From an uncultured Lentimicrobiaceae bacterium (GTDB taxonomy: Bacteria > Bacteroidota > Bacteroidia > Bacteroidales > 4484-276), in assembly GCA_964593705.1 (NCBI GenBank), contig CAZQIV010000018.1:586-64585 (forward strand): 64,000 nucleotides of DNA, read 5' to 3'. The notes under the pieces were generated by a model that was not told where the DNA came from, did no database searches, and saw nothing but the letters and a program-made list of their open reading frames with translations. Of this stretch, positions 41,670-51,042 are shown piece by piece. The translations under genes and the position numbers were made by a program. Numbering within the stretch: position 1 is the first letter of the stretch; every line of letters begins with the position of its first letter.

Positions 41670-42240
41670 AGTTCATTTTCCTTTCATTTTTGTTGAGATG
41701 ATCTATATTTTATAAAATTTCATTTATTACACAGCATGTCCCACAAGGCCAAAGCCAGGAGTTCTCTTGCCATTGCATCACGGAAGTTTAAAAAAAATCA
41801 GTTTCTGGGGGTGCAGAACTTTCAATATCCATATTTGCATGACTAATGCAAATACAACTTTTATCATTTCACTGGTTCTTTCACTAATAAATTTAAACAC
41901 ATAAAGTGCTTAAAAAATGCGGCTTATATTTTGAACAAGGAAAAGCTCCTTGCAGAGCCTTTTTGCAAAGCCAAACATTGGAGGTTAAAAATGTTGAAGG
42001 AAAAATAATTTAAAAAAAGGATAGAAAAACTGTTGGTAGTTGTTGGTAAGGAAATACAGGAAACTTTGCTGGCAGCGATGTTCCCAAGAGATTCGGCGTT
42101 TAGAGTTGTAGCTTTCAATTTTTTGCAAACCCTGAAAGCCACGTAAATTAGATACCTCTTATAATATGAACATTTTTGAATAATATTCATTTTCAACTTT
42201 TTGTGAAACCAAAAATTAAAAAAAATATTCTATTTCAACA

Positions 42241-42283
42241 AGTTATACATCATAAAATAAAAGGGAATTTTCGATTAAGAAAA
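42241..42283 (-). terminator. orphan minus-strand intrinsic terminator in the htpG upstream region
   Basis: AAGGGAATTTT (42254-42264) pairs with AAAATTCCCTT (42273-42283). On the minus strand it is followed by TTATTTTAT. No minus-strand CDS lies upstream of it. Confidence 0.45.
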
Positions 42284-42288
42284 TTCCC

Positions 42289-42344
42289 TTCTACTCAGTC
42301 GGGGTAGTCCCGCTCGATGCGGGACGACCTTCCCGACTGCAAAA
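42289..42344 (+). promoter_or_regulatory. mutually exclusive GC hairpins upstream of htpG
   Basis: CAGTCGGG (42289-96) and AGTCGGGA (42337-44) can each pair with CCCGACT(G) at 42324-32. The inner hairpin is GTCCCGC-TCGAT-GCGGGAC at 42300-42318. Confidence 0.35.
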
Positions 42345-42537
42345 GTCGGGACGTGCTAACCGAAAATATTTCATAAATTTCAGGCTCAACCCCAAAATTC
42401 TAACCAATATGTCAGCACGCCTGCCATTGCAAAAGTCAATTTGTCAGCATTAGCCCGATGGCATATCCTTTGATTTGGGGCGAAACTCAAAGTAAAAATT
42501 ATAACTTGATTTATAACTCCATCAAAATTTGACAGAT

Positions 42538-44448
42538 ATGCAAAAAGGACAAATCAACGTACAAACGGAGAATATTTTTCCGATTATTAAAAAATTCCTC
42601 TATTCAGATCATGAAATTTTTCTTCGTGAGCTGATCTCCAACGCTGTGGATGCTACACAAAAACTCAAAACCCTTGCCAGCACCGGAATATTTAAGGATG
42701 AACTGGGCGATCTTACCATTCATGTTGAAGTAAATAAGAAAAAGGGAACACTAACCATCAAAGACCGCGGCATAGGGATGACCAGCGAAGAAGTAGATAA
42801 ATACATCAACCAGATTGCTTTTTCGAGTGCCGAAGAATTTGTGAAAAAATTTAAAACCAAAACAGAAGCTGAGCAAAATGCCATTATTGGACACTTTGGC
42901 CTTGGTTTTTACTCTTCGTTTATGGTTTCTGATATGGTTGAAGTTATCACTAAAACCTACAAAAAAGGTGGCCCCACAAAACCTGTAAAATGGTCGTGCG
43001 ATGGTAGTCCTAACTACACCTTAGAAGAAACCGTTAAAACAGATCGGGGAACAGAAATTATTCTGCACATTTTAAAAGAAGAAGAAGAATTTCTTGAAGA
43101 TGGTAAAATTAAGGAATTGCTTAACAAATATTGCCGCTTCCTGCCTGTCCCGATTCAATTCGGTATGAAATCAGAAAGCGTAAAGGTTGAAGGTGAAAAA
43201 GATAAAGATGGCAATGATAAATATACCAGCATCGAGAAGCCAAATATTATCAACAACACCAGTCCTTTATGGAAAAGCAAGCCTGCCGACCTAAAGGATG
43301 AAGATTACAAAGCTTTTTATCGCGAACTCTATCCGATGAATTTCGAAGAACCATTGTTCCACATCCACCTAAATGTTGATTACCCTTTCAACCTTACAGG
43401 AATTTTGTATTTCCCTAAGGTGAAGAAAAACCTGGAAGTTCAACGCGATAAAATTCAACTTTACTCCAACCAGGTTTTTGTTACAAATTCTGTGGAAGGG
43501 ATTGTTCCCGATTTCCTAACCCTGCTACATGGTGTGCTCGATTCTCCTGACATTCCACTAAACGTTTCAAGGAGTTACCTTCAAAGCGACAGGCGTGTTA
43601 AACAGATTTCGAACCACATTATGAAAAAAGTGGCCGACAAGCTGGAAGATATATTTAAAAATGACCGTGAACAGTTCGAGAAAAAATGGGACGATATTAA
43701 AGTGTTCATCGAATATGGAATGATTTCGGAAGAGAAATTCTATGAGCGTGGCAAAAAATTCTCACTCCTTAAAAATACAGAAAGCAAATATTTTACTTTG
43801 GATGAATACAACGACAAGGTAAAACAAAATCAAGAAGATAAAGACAAGAAAGTAATTTATCTTTATTCGACAGATAAAGACGAACAATACAGCTACATTG
43901 AGGCAGCCACCCTGAAAGGTTACGATGTTTTATTAATGGATGGGGTTTTGGACAACCATTTTATAAATACCCTGGAACAGAAATTCGAAAACACATCCTT
44001 CGCCCGTGTTGATGCCGATACCATCGACAACCTTATCAAGAAAAACGATGATAAACTACCTTCGAAGCTCGATGATAAACAAAAGGAAAAAATTAAACCA
44101 TTGTTCGAAGAAGCAGTTGACAAATCAATGTTCACCATAATGTTTGACAATCTTAGCGAAACCGATCTCCCAATCCTGATTACTCAACCCGAATTTATGC
44201 GCCGGATGAAAGATATGTCGGCCGTTGGTGGTGGCGGTGGAATGATGGGCATGGGTAACTTCCCCGACAGTTATAATCTTGTTGTAAACGCGAACCATCC
44301 GCTCGTTTACAATTTAATAAACGATGAAAAGACTGACGAAAATAAAAATCTTGTTAAACAATTGACTGATTTGGCACTTCTTTCGCAAAACCTGCTCAAA
44401 GGAAAAGACCTCACTGCATTTATCAAACGCAGTATTGACATTTTGTAA
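42538..44448 (+). CDS. htpG: molecular chaperone HtpG (Hsp90)
   Basis: QTENIFPIIKKFLYSDHEIFLRELISNAVDA and GHFGLGFYSSFMV are canonical HATPase/Hsp90 motifs. The start is taken at the ATG at 42538 rather than the TTG at 42529. Confidence 0.95.
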   Translation: MQKGQINVQTENIFPIIKKFLYSDHEIFLRELISNAVDATQKLKTLASTGIFKDELGDLTIHVEVNKKKGTLTIKDRGIGMTSEEVDKYINQIAFSSAEEFVKKFKTKTEAEQNAIIGHFGLGFYSSFMVSDMVEVITKTYKKGGPTKPVKWSCDGSPNYTLEETVKTDRGTEIILHILKEEEEFLEDGKIKELLNKYCRFLPVPIQFGMKSESVKVEGEKDKDGNDKYTSIEKPNIINNTSPLWKSKPADLKDEDYKAFYRELYPMNFEEPLFHIHLNVDYPFNLTGILYFPKVKKNLEVQRDKIQLYSNQVFVTNSVEGIVPDFLTLLHGVLDSPDIPLNVSRSYLQSDRRVKQISNHIMKKVADKLEDIFKNDREQFEKKWDDIKVFIEYGMISEEKFYERGKKFSLLKNTESKYFTLDEYNDKVKQNQEDKDKKVIYLYSTDKDEQYSYIEAATLKGYDVLLMDGVLDNHFINTLEQKFENTSFARVDADTIDNLIKKNDDKLPSKLDDKQKEKIKPLFEEAVDKSMFTIMFDNLSETDLPILITQPEFMRRMKDMSAVGGGGGMMGMGNFPDSYNLVVNANHPLVYNLINDEKTDENKNLVKQLTDLALLSQNLLKGKDLTAFIKRSIDIL

Positions 44449-44476
44449 TGATCACTATTAAATAAAAATGAAATCG

Positions 44477-44518
44477 AGGCGTTGTTTGTTCTGATAACAA
44501 TCAACGCCTTTATTTTTT
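44477..44518 (+). terminator. htpG intrinsic terminator
   Basis: AGGCGTTGTTTGTT pairs with AACAATCAACGCCT (one mismatch), followed by TTTATTTTTT. Confidence 0.8.
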
Positions 44519-44550
44519 AAATATAAACTATTGCGAAAAGCTATCGATAA

Positions 44551-45015
44551 ATGTTTTACCCACCCCAGGAAATAACCACCGAATACATATCAGAGCATGA
44601 TCTTAGTGATATTAAACAAGCCATTCTTAATGCCGAACTCGATACCTCAGTCGAAATCAGAGTACACATTGAGGAAACTTGCCCGGGGGATGTAATGCAT
44701 CGTGCTTCGGATGTTTTCCTCGAATTGGGCATGCACAAAACCGTAAAGAGAAATGCTGTACTGTTTTACCTCGCCCTGAAGAATCGTAAATTTGCTGCTA
44801 TCCCCGACTATGGAATTCTTGAAAAAGATACTGAACGGTTTTGGGATACCCTCAAAATGGAAATGTTGGATTTCTTTCGGGAAAATGAGTTTTCAAATGG
44901 CTTGATACATGGTATTGGCCGCACCGGCGAATACCTGCGCAGTGTATTTCCTTTTGACAAGACCATTACCAATGAACTTCCTGATGAAATTTCCTTTGGT
45001 AATAATGCTACATAG
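44551..45015 (+). CDS. TPM (TLP18.3/Psb32/MOLO-1) domain protein
   Basis: EIRVHIEE...ASDVFLELGMHKTVKRNAVLFYLALKNRKFAAIPDYGI...FW fits the TPM_phosphatase pattern. Confidence 0.7.
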   Translation: MFYPPQEITTEYISEHDLSDIKQAILNAELDTSVEIRVHIEETCPGDVMHRASDVFLELGMHKTVKRNAVLFYLALKNRKFAAIPDYGILEKDTERFWDTLKMEMLDFFRENEFSNGLIHGIGRTGEYLRSVFPFDKTITNELPDEISFGNNAT

Positions 45016-45047
45016 AGATCATCTTTTGAGTAATTTTTCCCGCAGAT

Positions 45048-45090
45048 TTCGCTGATTAGCGCAGATAAAATTTGCGCTAATCAGCGAAAC
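45048..45090. repeat. perfect 17-bp-stem hairpin
   Basis: TTTCGCTGATTAGCGCA (45048-45064) pairs with TGCGCTAATCAGCGAAA (45074-45090). There is no T-tract after it. Confidence 0.7.
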
Positions 45091-45211
45091 CAGCCTTGAT
45101 CGCCTCGCTGTAGCTCCGGTGAAGCGGGTCGGCAGGCAAGTCTTCGGGAGGATTTTTTTTAGATTATTGAAAAATAACGACTTTATGAACGGACACTACT
45201 TAGTGCGTGTC

Positions 45212-45317
45212 CATAAAGTCGGCTATTTTTTGATTTTGCCAGCGCAACCCCTTAATCCCCCGCCTAGCCGGCGAGGCTGGCCTAAAGGGGAAATCCCTCG
45301 CTACCAGTGCGTTGGAT
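45212..45317 (+). repeat. dispersed about 100-nt GC-rich repeat, copy 2
   Basis: See copy 1 at 16391-16496. The orientation is the same. Confidence 0.8.
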
Positions 45318-45497
45318 GGTTCTTCCGCCAACTGGCGGAGAGTTAGAGGGGTGTGTAGTGGATGGCGAGTTTATTGACGAACTCTACTTAAATTAAAAAC
45401 TTATCTTTTTTGGTGAATTTTCACATCAAAACACAAATTGAGCTTTATCATCATAAAAATAATTATACATTAGCCCAAAATTTTAAACATATTAACT

Positions 45498-45890
45498 ATG
45501 AGTGCATTTAACAAAGTTAAAGAATATCTATTGGAGCTTGAATACAACATCCTCTCCGAGGATATCAAAGAAGAACTTTTTGTTGTTGAAAAAGAAGACT
45601 CCGGGATTAGTAATCTGATCATCGATTGCGAAGAACCAATTTTAATTATCGAATACCCGCTCTTTAAAATTAAAAAAGGTAATGAGGAGCTTTACATCGA
45701 ATTGCTCAGAAAAAACAGGGACATCATTCATGGGGCTTTTGCTCTTTCCGATGACAACACCCTTATTTTCCGCGACACACTCCAACTCGAAAATCTCGAC
45801 CTGAACGAGTTAGACGGCTCACTGGAATCGTTAGAAATGCTGTTGGCCGAGTATGGCAACAGAATTATTGAAATATCAAAAATGCAATAA
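45498..45890 (+). CDS. YjfI/YbjN-like small cytosolic protein (DUF2170-like, assigned from memory)
   Basis: 130-aa acidic protein encoded directly upstream of a PspA-family gene, with 2 nt between them. This mirrors the first gene of the E. coli yjfIJKLMC operon. Confidence 0.45.
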   Translation: MSAFNKVKEYLLELEYNILSEDIKEELFVVEKEDSGISNLIIDCEEPILIIEYPLFKIKKGNEELYIELLRKNRDIIHGAFALSDDNTLIFRDTLQLENLDLNELDGSLESLEMLLAEYGNRIIEISKMQ

Positions 45891-45892
45891 CC

Positions 45893-46600
45893 ATGGGACT
45901 ATTTAACAGAATATTTAAAGTTGGGCAATCGGAAGCCCATGCAATTGTTGATAAACTTGAAAATCCGATAAAACTAACCGAACAGGGAATTCGCGACCTG
46001 AAAACTGACCTTGAAAAAAGTATGGTGGCCATTGCCGAAGTAAAGGCTGTTGCAATTAGAACCAAGCGCGAACTTTCAGAGCATGAAAACAGGGTTGTAT
46101 CTTATGAAAATAAAGCCATTCAATTACTAAAAGGTGCTGAAACAGGAAGGATTAATCCTGCAGAAGCCGACCGCCTTGCTTCTGAAGCTCTCTCAAGAAA
46201 ACAAGAAGCTCAAAATGCTGCCGATACTGCCAAAACTCAATACCAGCAACTTCAAAATCAAATTGGGCAACTGGGTGGTAATGTTGACAAACTCAAGTCG
46301 AATATTGCCAAATACGAAAATGAGCTGAAAATGCTTAAAGCAAGATATCGCGTGAGCAATGCCACTCAAAAGCTCAATAAATCGCTGGCTAACGTTGATA
46401 GTAATGGGACCATTTCGATGCTCGAAAAAATGAAGGATAAAGTTGCCCAGCAAGAATCGCTGGCCGAAGCCTATGGCGAAATGGCAGGCGAAAATACAAG
46501 CATTGATGATGAGATTGATAAAGCATTGCTGGATGCTCCTGCCACAGCAGCAGGTGGCGAACTGGCTGCCCTCAAAGAACGACTTCAATTGAAAGGATAA
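45893..46600 (+). CDS. PspA/IM30 family protein (YjfJ-like)
   Basis: MGLFNRIFKVGQSEAHAIVDKLENPIKLTEQGIRDLKTDLEK is the canonical PspA/IM30 N-terminus, and the protein is coiled-coil throughout. Confidence 0.9.
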   Translation: MGLFNRIFKVGQSEAHAIVDKLENPIKLTEQGIRDLKTDLEKSMVAIAEVKAVAIRTKRELSEHENRVVSYENKAIQLLKGAETGRINPAEADRLASEALSRKQEAQNAADTAKTQYQQLQNQIGQLGGNVDKLKSNIAKYENELKMLKARYRVSNATQKLNKSLANVDSNGTISMLEKMKDKVAQQESLAEAYGEMAGENTSIDDEIDKALLDAPATAAGGELAALKERLQLKG

Positions 46601-46603
46601 ATT

Positions 46604-47143
46604 ATGAAGTTTAACTTCTTTAAAAAGAAAAAAGAACCCGACTACGATCCGCTAAATATAAGAGTTACCGATCTCAAGTTGGGTTTCATATTTGATTACG
46701 ATCTAAAGTCGTGGGAAGTGGTAGAAGAATACACCTACGACTGGGGCGACAATTACTTTAGCAAGGAATATAAAATCTCGACAGGTGCCGACATTTATTT
46801 TCTGAGCGTTGACGAAGACGACATCCTTGAACTTACTTTGCAGAAGAAAATCAAGCTATCATCCATCGATGGTGATATAGAGGGGGAGATTATCAATAAA
46901 AAAATCCCACCAAAAAAGGTAATTTACAAGGGCGTTGATTACTATCGCGACAGTGAATCGCCGGGATATTTCAAAGAAGAAAACTCAGACAAGGACTGGA
47001 TCGAATTTATTAACTGGTCGTACTACAACGAGGAAGAAGACCGTGTGCTTACTATCGAACAGTGGGACGACCGCGAATTTGAGGCCTCTTATGGTAAAGT
47101 AATTAAAGAGTATGAGATTAGCGGCATAACGCCATCAGCATAA
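46604..47143 (+). CDS. DUF4178 domain protein
   Basis: LKLGFIFDYDLKSWEVVEEYTYDWGDNYFSKEYKI...YFLSVDEDD follows the DUF4178 pattern. It starts 3 nt after pspA. Confidence 0.65.
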   Translation: MKFNFFKKKKEPDYDPLNIRVTDLKLGFIFDYDLKSWEVVEEYTYDWGDNYFSKEYKISTGADIYFLSVDEDDILELTLQKKIKLSSIDGDIEGEIINKKIPPKKVIYKGVDYYRDSESPGYFKEENSDKDWIEFINWSYYNEEEDRVLTIEQWDDREFEASYGKVIKEYEISGITPSA

Positions 47144-47233
47144 AACGCATTTAATCACACAAACGCAATACGCAAGCCTGGTCATTGACAAGCAATGAAT
47201 TTCAACTATATAAAATTATCAAAATCTAATGCA

Positions 47234-47995
47234 ATGAAAAAACTGACACATAATTTTTCAATCAAAACCGCAGTACTTTTTTCTTTTATTGCGATGCTAT
47301 TTGGGGCATGCAGCAGTGGAGGAGGATACACCGAAGAAGGCCTCGATACTGTAATTAAATCATATCGCGAAACCCCTGATTTAACAATCATACTTTACGA
47401 CCAAAATTATGAAAGTGGCCGGTATCAGCACCAATACCAGGTTTTAATACCCCTGGCCGATTCAACTTTGGATTCGAAAGTAACCCCATTTTACCCGGTT
47501 TCCGATAAATATTTTAATGCCAACATCGATAACCTCGGGATGGAGCTGGCCAATAAAAAGGATGGCGTAATATCAAAAACTGTAGCTCCGGCAGGTTATT
47601 CACAATATGTGGGCAATCCTAAATATGGCCGTTGGACAGAACGTAGTGGTGGCTCGTTTTGGGAGTTTTACGGGAAATTCGCTTTTATGAACTCCATGTT
47701 CCACATGGTTTCTTCTCCTGCACGATATGGCTACTATAATGATTACCACAGAAATTATGCTCCATCGGGCAGAACTTATCGAGGCCCCAACAATTACTAT
47801 GGCTCACAATCGTACATGAAAAGCAGTACCGGAAGAAACTCTTCGTGGAGCAAAAAACCAAGCACCTTTCGCAACGATGTACGCTCCAGGGTTCAACGAA
47901 GTTCTACTGCCTCAAAGTCGAAAATCAGCCGGACTTCAAGCCGAACTTCAAGCCGCACCAGCAGTCGATCAAGAGGTGGTGGCTCAGGGAAATAA
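47234..47995 (+). CDS. lipoprotein with basic Ser/Arg-rich tail (YjfM/DUF1190-like)
   Basis: Lipobox LFGAC. The segment GGSFWEFYGKFAFMNSMF and the tail ...SRTSSRTSSRSRGGGSGK resemble E. coli YjfM as I recall it. The start is taken at the ATG at 47234. Confidence 0.5.
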   Translation: MKKLTHNFSIKTAVLFSFIAMLFGACSSGGGYTEEGLDTVIKSYRETPDLTIILYDQNYESGRYQHQYQVLIPLADSTLDSKVTPFYPVSDKYFNANIDNLGMELANKKDGVISKTVAPAGYSQYVGNPKYGRWTERSGGSFWEFYGKFAFMNSMFHMVSSPARYGYYNDYHRNYAPSGRTYRGPNNYYGSQSYMKSSTGRNSSWSKKPSTFRNDVRSRVQRSSTASKSKISRTSSRTSSRTSSRSRGGGSGK

Positions 47996-48029
47996 AATCA
48001 TTAAAGTTGTAACATTATAAAATACAGAT

Positions 48030-48935
48030 ATGGAAGAATACATAACAAATACAAATCTGGCTTTGGCAATTGACACCATAATTTACATTGCTTCTGCCTT
48101 CATACTTTTCTTTGTTGGAAAAGTTGCTTATAATATTGCTTACAAAAATATTGATGTAAAAAGTGAGCTGGTAAAAAAAGACAACTTAGCCTTTGCACTT
48201 GCAAATGTTGGCTTTTACATTGGGCTTCTTCTCGCCATTGGCAGTGTAATTATTGGGCCATCGTATGGAATTTTGATTGATTTGATTGATATTTTCATCT
48301 TTGGAATTGTAGCAATAATACTGCTTTTGTTTTCGGCATTTATTATGGATAAATTAATCCTGGCCAGTTTCAGTACCACAAAAGAAATTATTGATGATCA
48401 GAATCCCGGAACCGGCATTGTGGTTGCTGCTAACTTTATAGCATCAGGCTTAATTATTTCTGGCGCAATGATGGGTGAAGGTAAAAACTTCTTCCCCGAA
48501 ATGACCGGAGGGTACATCTTTTCGGGAGTTATTAGTGCTTTGGTTTTTTGGATTACAGGGCAGTTGGTGATGGTTTTGGCAGCCTGGGTTTACAACCTGA
48601 TAACACCATACAATATACACGAACACATCGAAAAAGACAATGTTGCCGTTGGAATTGGTTTTGCAGGAGCCTTGATTGCGATGGCAATTTTAATCAACAA
48701 TGCAACAACCGGCGACTTTGTGAGCTGGCAGGCTAACTTTACCAATGTTGGTATTGAGGTTGTGATTGGATTTATTTTCCTTCCCGTGGTAAGATTCATT
48801 GCTGATAAAATTCTTCTGCCCGGTGAAAGGCTTACTGATGAAATCATCAATCAGGAAACACCAAATATTGGAGCGGCCATTATCGAAGCATTTGCCTACA
48901 TTGGAGGCGCAATTTTAATTACCTGGTGCCTTTAG
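48030..48935 (+). CDS. polytopic membrane protein, duplicated DUF350 (YjfL-like)
   Basis: About 8 TM helices in two similar halves, occupying the position of yjfL. Confidence 0.55.
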   Translation: MEEYITNTNLALAIDTIIYIASAFILFFVGKVAYNIAYKNIDVKSELVKKDNLAFALANVGFYIGLLLAIGSVIIGPSYGILIDLIDIFIFGIVAIILLLFSAFIMDKLILASFSTTKEIIDDQNPGTGIVVAANFIASGLIISGAMMGEGKNFFPEMTGGYIFSGVISALVFWITGQLVMVLAAWVYNLITPYNIHEHIEKDNVAVGIGFAGALIAMAILINNATTGDFVSWQANFTNVGIEVVIGFIFLPVVRFIADKILLPGERLTDEIINQETPNIGAAIIEAFAYIGGAILITWCL

Positions 48936-48951
48936 TCAATCTTAATATTTC

Positions 48952-50496
48952 TTGAAAAATAAAGCTTTCATACTTAAATTAGCCCTGTTTGCCACAGGGC
49001 TTTCAGGTATTGTTGCAGAGTACATTTTAGCTACCCTCGCCAGTTATTTCCTTGGCGATTCCATTGTTCAGTGGGCACTCATCATTTCGTTGATGCTATT
49101 TTTTATGGGTGTGGGTAGCCGCATCACAAAATACATCCACAAAAATATTTTCACCCTGTTTATCGCTACAGAATTTACCCTTTCACTTTTTGTAGCATTT
49201 TCAGCCTTGCTTGCCTATTCAACCGCAGCTTTCAGTATTTATGCCGGAGCCATGATTTATTTTATGTCGATGGTTACCGGGCTACTTATTGGAATGGAGC
49301 TACCGCTTGCTGTGAGGCTCAACGAAAATTTTGAAGAATTGCGGGTAAACATTTCAAGTATTCTTGAAAAAGATTATTACGGAAGCCTGCTGGGAGGACT
49401 GTTTTTCGCTTTTGTTGGCCTCCCCTTTCTTGGCCTCACTTACACACCTTTTCTGCTTGGACTTGTAAATCTTGCGGTTGCCATTGCCATGCTCAATTAT
49501 TTTCCAACTATTCTGAAAAGGAAAAACAGAATCCGGCTAAATTTCATTGCAACATTTGTGTTTTTTATTATTCTTTCAGGCGCTTATAATGCTAAAGATA
49601 TTATCTTTTTTGGCGAGCAAAATAAATACAAAGACAAAATTATCTATTCGGAGCAAAGCCGCTACCAAAAAATTGTAATCACCGAATGGCGGGGAGATTA
49701 CTGGCTCTACCTGAACAGCAATTTACAACTCTCAACTTACGATGAAGCGCTGTACCACGAAGTGCTTGTTCATCCGGCAATGTCATTAAGCAAAACACCC
49801 CATGAAGTATTGATACTTGGTGGAGGTGATGGCTGCGCTGCCCGTGAAGTTTTAAAATATCAAGAAGTTAAAAACATAACATTGGTGGATCTGGATCCTA
49901 CAATGACAGGACTGGCCAAAACTCATCCTGTGCTACTCAAGGCCAACGATAGCTCATTTTATAATCAGAAGCTGGAAATAATAAATCGAGATGGCTACAA
50001 ATTCATTGAAGAAACCAACAAGCTTTTCGATCTGATCATTATCGATCTACCCGATCCTCGCAATGTTGAGTTATCAAGATTGTATTCACAAGAATTTTAC
50101 ACACTTTGCAGGCGGCATCTTCGTCCAAACGGTATTTTGATAACACAGGCCGGCAGCCCGTATTATGCTGCTGAAAGTTTTGAGTGTATCCTGAAAACCA
50201 TCGAAGCGGCAAGGTTTTCAGCCATTCCCTTACACAATCAAATCCTTACCATGGGCGAATGGGGCTGGGTGCTTGGCGTAAATGCCAATGTACCGGATAG
50301 TGAAATTATTAATATGCTTGAAAACGCTGATTTTAATAAAATCGAAACCAAATGGTTGAATAAAGAGGCCATAGGATTGATTACTTCTTTTGGGAAAAAT
50401 TTCTTTATTGATAAAAATGATTCGATCAAAATAAATAAAATCCACGATCCGGTTTTATACCACTATTTTTTAAAAGGTTCGTGGGATTTGTATTAA
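48952..50496 (+). CDS. membrane-anchored spermidine-synthase-like aminopropyltransferase
   Basis: N-terminal multi-TM region followed by an aminopropyltransferase core (VLILGGGDGCAAREVLKY, ITLVDLDP, IIIDLPDP). The called start is a TTG, so the exact start is uncertain. Confidence 0.8.
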   Translation: MKNKAFILKLALFATGLSGIVAEYILATLASYFLGDSIVQWALIISLMLFFMGVGSRITKYIHKNIFTLFIATEFTLSLFVAFSALLAYSTAAFSIYAGAMIYFMSMVTGLLIGMELPLAVRLNENFEELRVNISSILEKDYYGSLLGGLFFAFVGLPFLGLTYTPFLLGLVNLAVAIAMLNYFPTILKRKNRIRLNFIATFVFFIILSGAYNAKDIIFFGEQNKYKDKIIYSEQSRYQKIVITEWRGDYWLYLNSNLQLSTYDEALYHEVLVHPAMSLSKTPHEVLILGGGDGCAAREVLKYQEVKNITLVDLDPTMTGLAKTHPVLLKANDSSFYNQKLEIINRDGYKFIEETNKLFDLIIIDLPDPRNVELSRLYSQEFYTLCRRHLRPNGILITQAGSPYYAAESFECILKTIEAARFSAIPLHNQILTMGEWGWVLGVNANVPDSEIINMLENADFNKIETKWLNKEAIGLITSFGKNFFIDKNDSIKINKIHDPVLYHYFLKGSWDLY

Positions 50497-50530
50497 ACAT
50501 GGAAAAATGATTGAATGATTGAATGATTAA

Positions 50531-50637
50531 ATGAATGAAACAAAAGAATGTTGAGCAAGGCGAAATCCCGCCTTTGCGGGAAGCGTAGTAGCCTGCCCCG
50601 ACCCTTCGGGGAAATCCCGCCCCTGCGGGAACTGAAA
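50531..50637 (+). repeat. 107-nt perfect direct repeat, copy 1 (three GC hairpins)
   Basis: Identical to 50729-50835 by hand alignment. It contains CCCGC-CTTT-GCGGG, CCCCGA-CCCT-TCGGGG and CCCGC-CCCT-GCGGG. Confidence 0.85.
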
Positions 50638-50728
50638 CTACTGAATGATTGAATGACTGAAACAAGGATTGATGGAGGGGTCTTAGAATCTTTGGAGACC
50701 TCAGAGTCCTTAAAGGATGGAGAGATGA

Positions 50729-50835
50729 ATGAATGAAACAAAAGAATGTTGAGCAAGGCGAAATCCCGCCTTTGCGGGAAGCGTAGTAGCCTGCCCCGAC
50801 CCTTCGGGGAAATCCCGCCCCTGCGGGAACTGAAA
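50729..50835 (+). repeat. 107-nt perfect direct repeat, copy 2
   Basis: See copy 1. The offset between copies is 198 nt. Confidence 0.85.
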
Positions 50836-51042
50836 AGAAAAATTATCCGAAGGATGCTTATGAAGAAACAAGTTTCGGATGCGACCATGTAAAAGTTCAG
50901 TAAAGACAAGGCATGCCTTGTCTCCGGGCAACTAAACCTCGAAACGTCCGAAGGACTTTCGAGCGTTTAGGGAATAAGGAGTAAAATTCCAACTTTTCAG
51001 GAATTGAAATTTTTGATAACTTTGTGAAAATATAAATACACC

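Noticed and set aside
41924-42196. 90-aa minus-strand ORF in the htpG/giant-gene intergenic region
   Set aside because: It is an AT-rich, low-complexity translation with no recognisable motif, signal or coupling to neighbours. It is probably non-coding promoter DNA.
16391-45317. The two direct GC-rich repeats as attL/attR of a 29-kb genomic island
   Set aside because: There is no integrase, transposase or tRNA at either end. The core repeats are only about 88 percent identical. The enclosed block includes the housekeeping gene htpG. A dispersed repeat family is more parsimonious.
50426-50931. Minus-strand ORFs 50426..50665, 50493..50909 and 50710..50931
   Set aside because: They are generated by the duplicated 107-nt GC-hairpin repeat; the peptide SSRRGGISPKGRGRLLRFPQRRDFALLNILLFHSF appears twice. 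They have no start context and no homology features.
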